A stretch of 63,874 bases of DNA, filler included, from Thelocarpon superellum (Eukaryota): NCBI GenBank assembly GCA_026025795.1. It is 3 parts of 3 records of this genome, joined end to end, with 100 filler letters (N's around TTAATTAATTAA, not from the genome) between each part and the next. Parts side by side here need not be neighbours in the genome. Positions count along the whole stretch, not along the records: positions 45,176 to 63,874 come from JAPEUG010000357.1; 2 more parts are not named here. The stretch is one strand, 5' to 3'. Positions 63,377-63,874 of this stretch are shown here, piece by piece (position 1 is the first letter of the stretch; each line of letters opens with the position of its first letter). The translations under genes and the position numbers were made by a program. The notes under the pieces were generated by a model. The model had not been told where the DNA came from. It did not search any database and saw only the letters and a list, made by a program, of their open reading frames with translations.

Positions 63377-63874
63377 CCCACGTCCCCCTCGTTGAGATTC
63401 GCACGGCCACCCGATCCGTTGTCCTTCTCAACCTCGCACGTGCTTGCCACCGCCCGGAGCTCGCGCGACTGAGCGGCGGTCGGGTGCGGTTTGATGGCCA
63501 TCCTGCTGACTGCTGCTTGTTCCATTCGCATCACAAGAGATGGTGAAGGAGATCGATTTAGTAGCAATCAAATCTCCACATCGGTCGCATCCCCTTGTAA
63601 CAAATTTCCGGTCTCCGTCGTAGGATCGATACCTTTCATCAAAGGGAATTCTGCAGTAAAACTCGTCGGCCGAGTCTGAACGCACCAATGCGCATAGAAC
63701 CCTTTCTCTAGCTGAGGAAGGAGACCCTAACAATGGACAGGTGCGAATGAGTCCGATTCCTAGGATTCCTTCTGCTGAGAGATTGATGACTGGATTGTAA
63801 GGCGGTTGCATGTCACGTATGCCCCAAATGTTCTATCGTCAACCACGAATGTCCTTTTGTCTTGACGAGCTGGA

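Noticed and set aside
63428..63874. 127-aa minus-strand ORF at the window end
   Set aside because: It shows no recognisable domain and atypical codon usage, and its context is truncated by the window edge.

Overview
Eukaryotic DNA from a GC-rich, gene-dense filamentous ascomycete (Pezizomycotina-like), with short GT-AG introns and CTRAC/CTAAC branch sites. Two artificial 100-bp linkers (44 N + TTAATTAATTAA + 44 N, at 22493-22592 and 45076-45175) split the window into three pieces. HRQ1 and GTR2 are cut at these linkers, so adjacency across them is unreliable. I reconstructed 29 protein-coding loci by manual splicing. Most are housekeeping genes: Zn2Cys6 TF, PhiA/IgE-binding-like wall protein, GVP36, EXPERA, ARV1, VMA9, ARG2, HRQ1, GMC oxidase, PTH11-like receptor, RDH54, NRDE2, UTP10, histidine phosphatase, GTR2, TRM7, BCKDH E1a, COQ5, MFS, DPP1, MED7, KAR5, MRPL6, MET22 and RSM1. 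The most notable features are: (1) an otherwise intact NAD-dependent beta-hydroxyacid dehydrogenase with one in-frame TAG in mid-gene, a candidate for recoding or A-to-I repair versus a young pseudogene or sequencing error; (2) a 16-bp minisatellite with higher-order structure and repeated splice-donor motifs; (3) two GC-AG intron candidates; (4) micro-exons that split catalytic motifs; (5) very tight convergent gene pairs. All product calls come from recognising motifs by eye; no searches were run. I found no convincing novel multi-gene system, RNA gene, transposon or CRISPR array.
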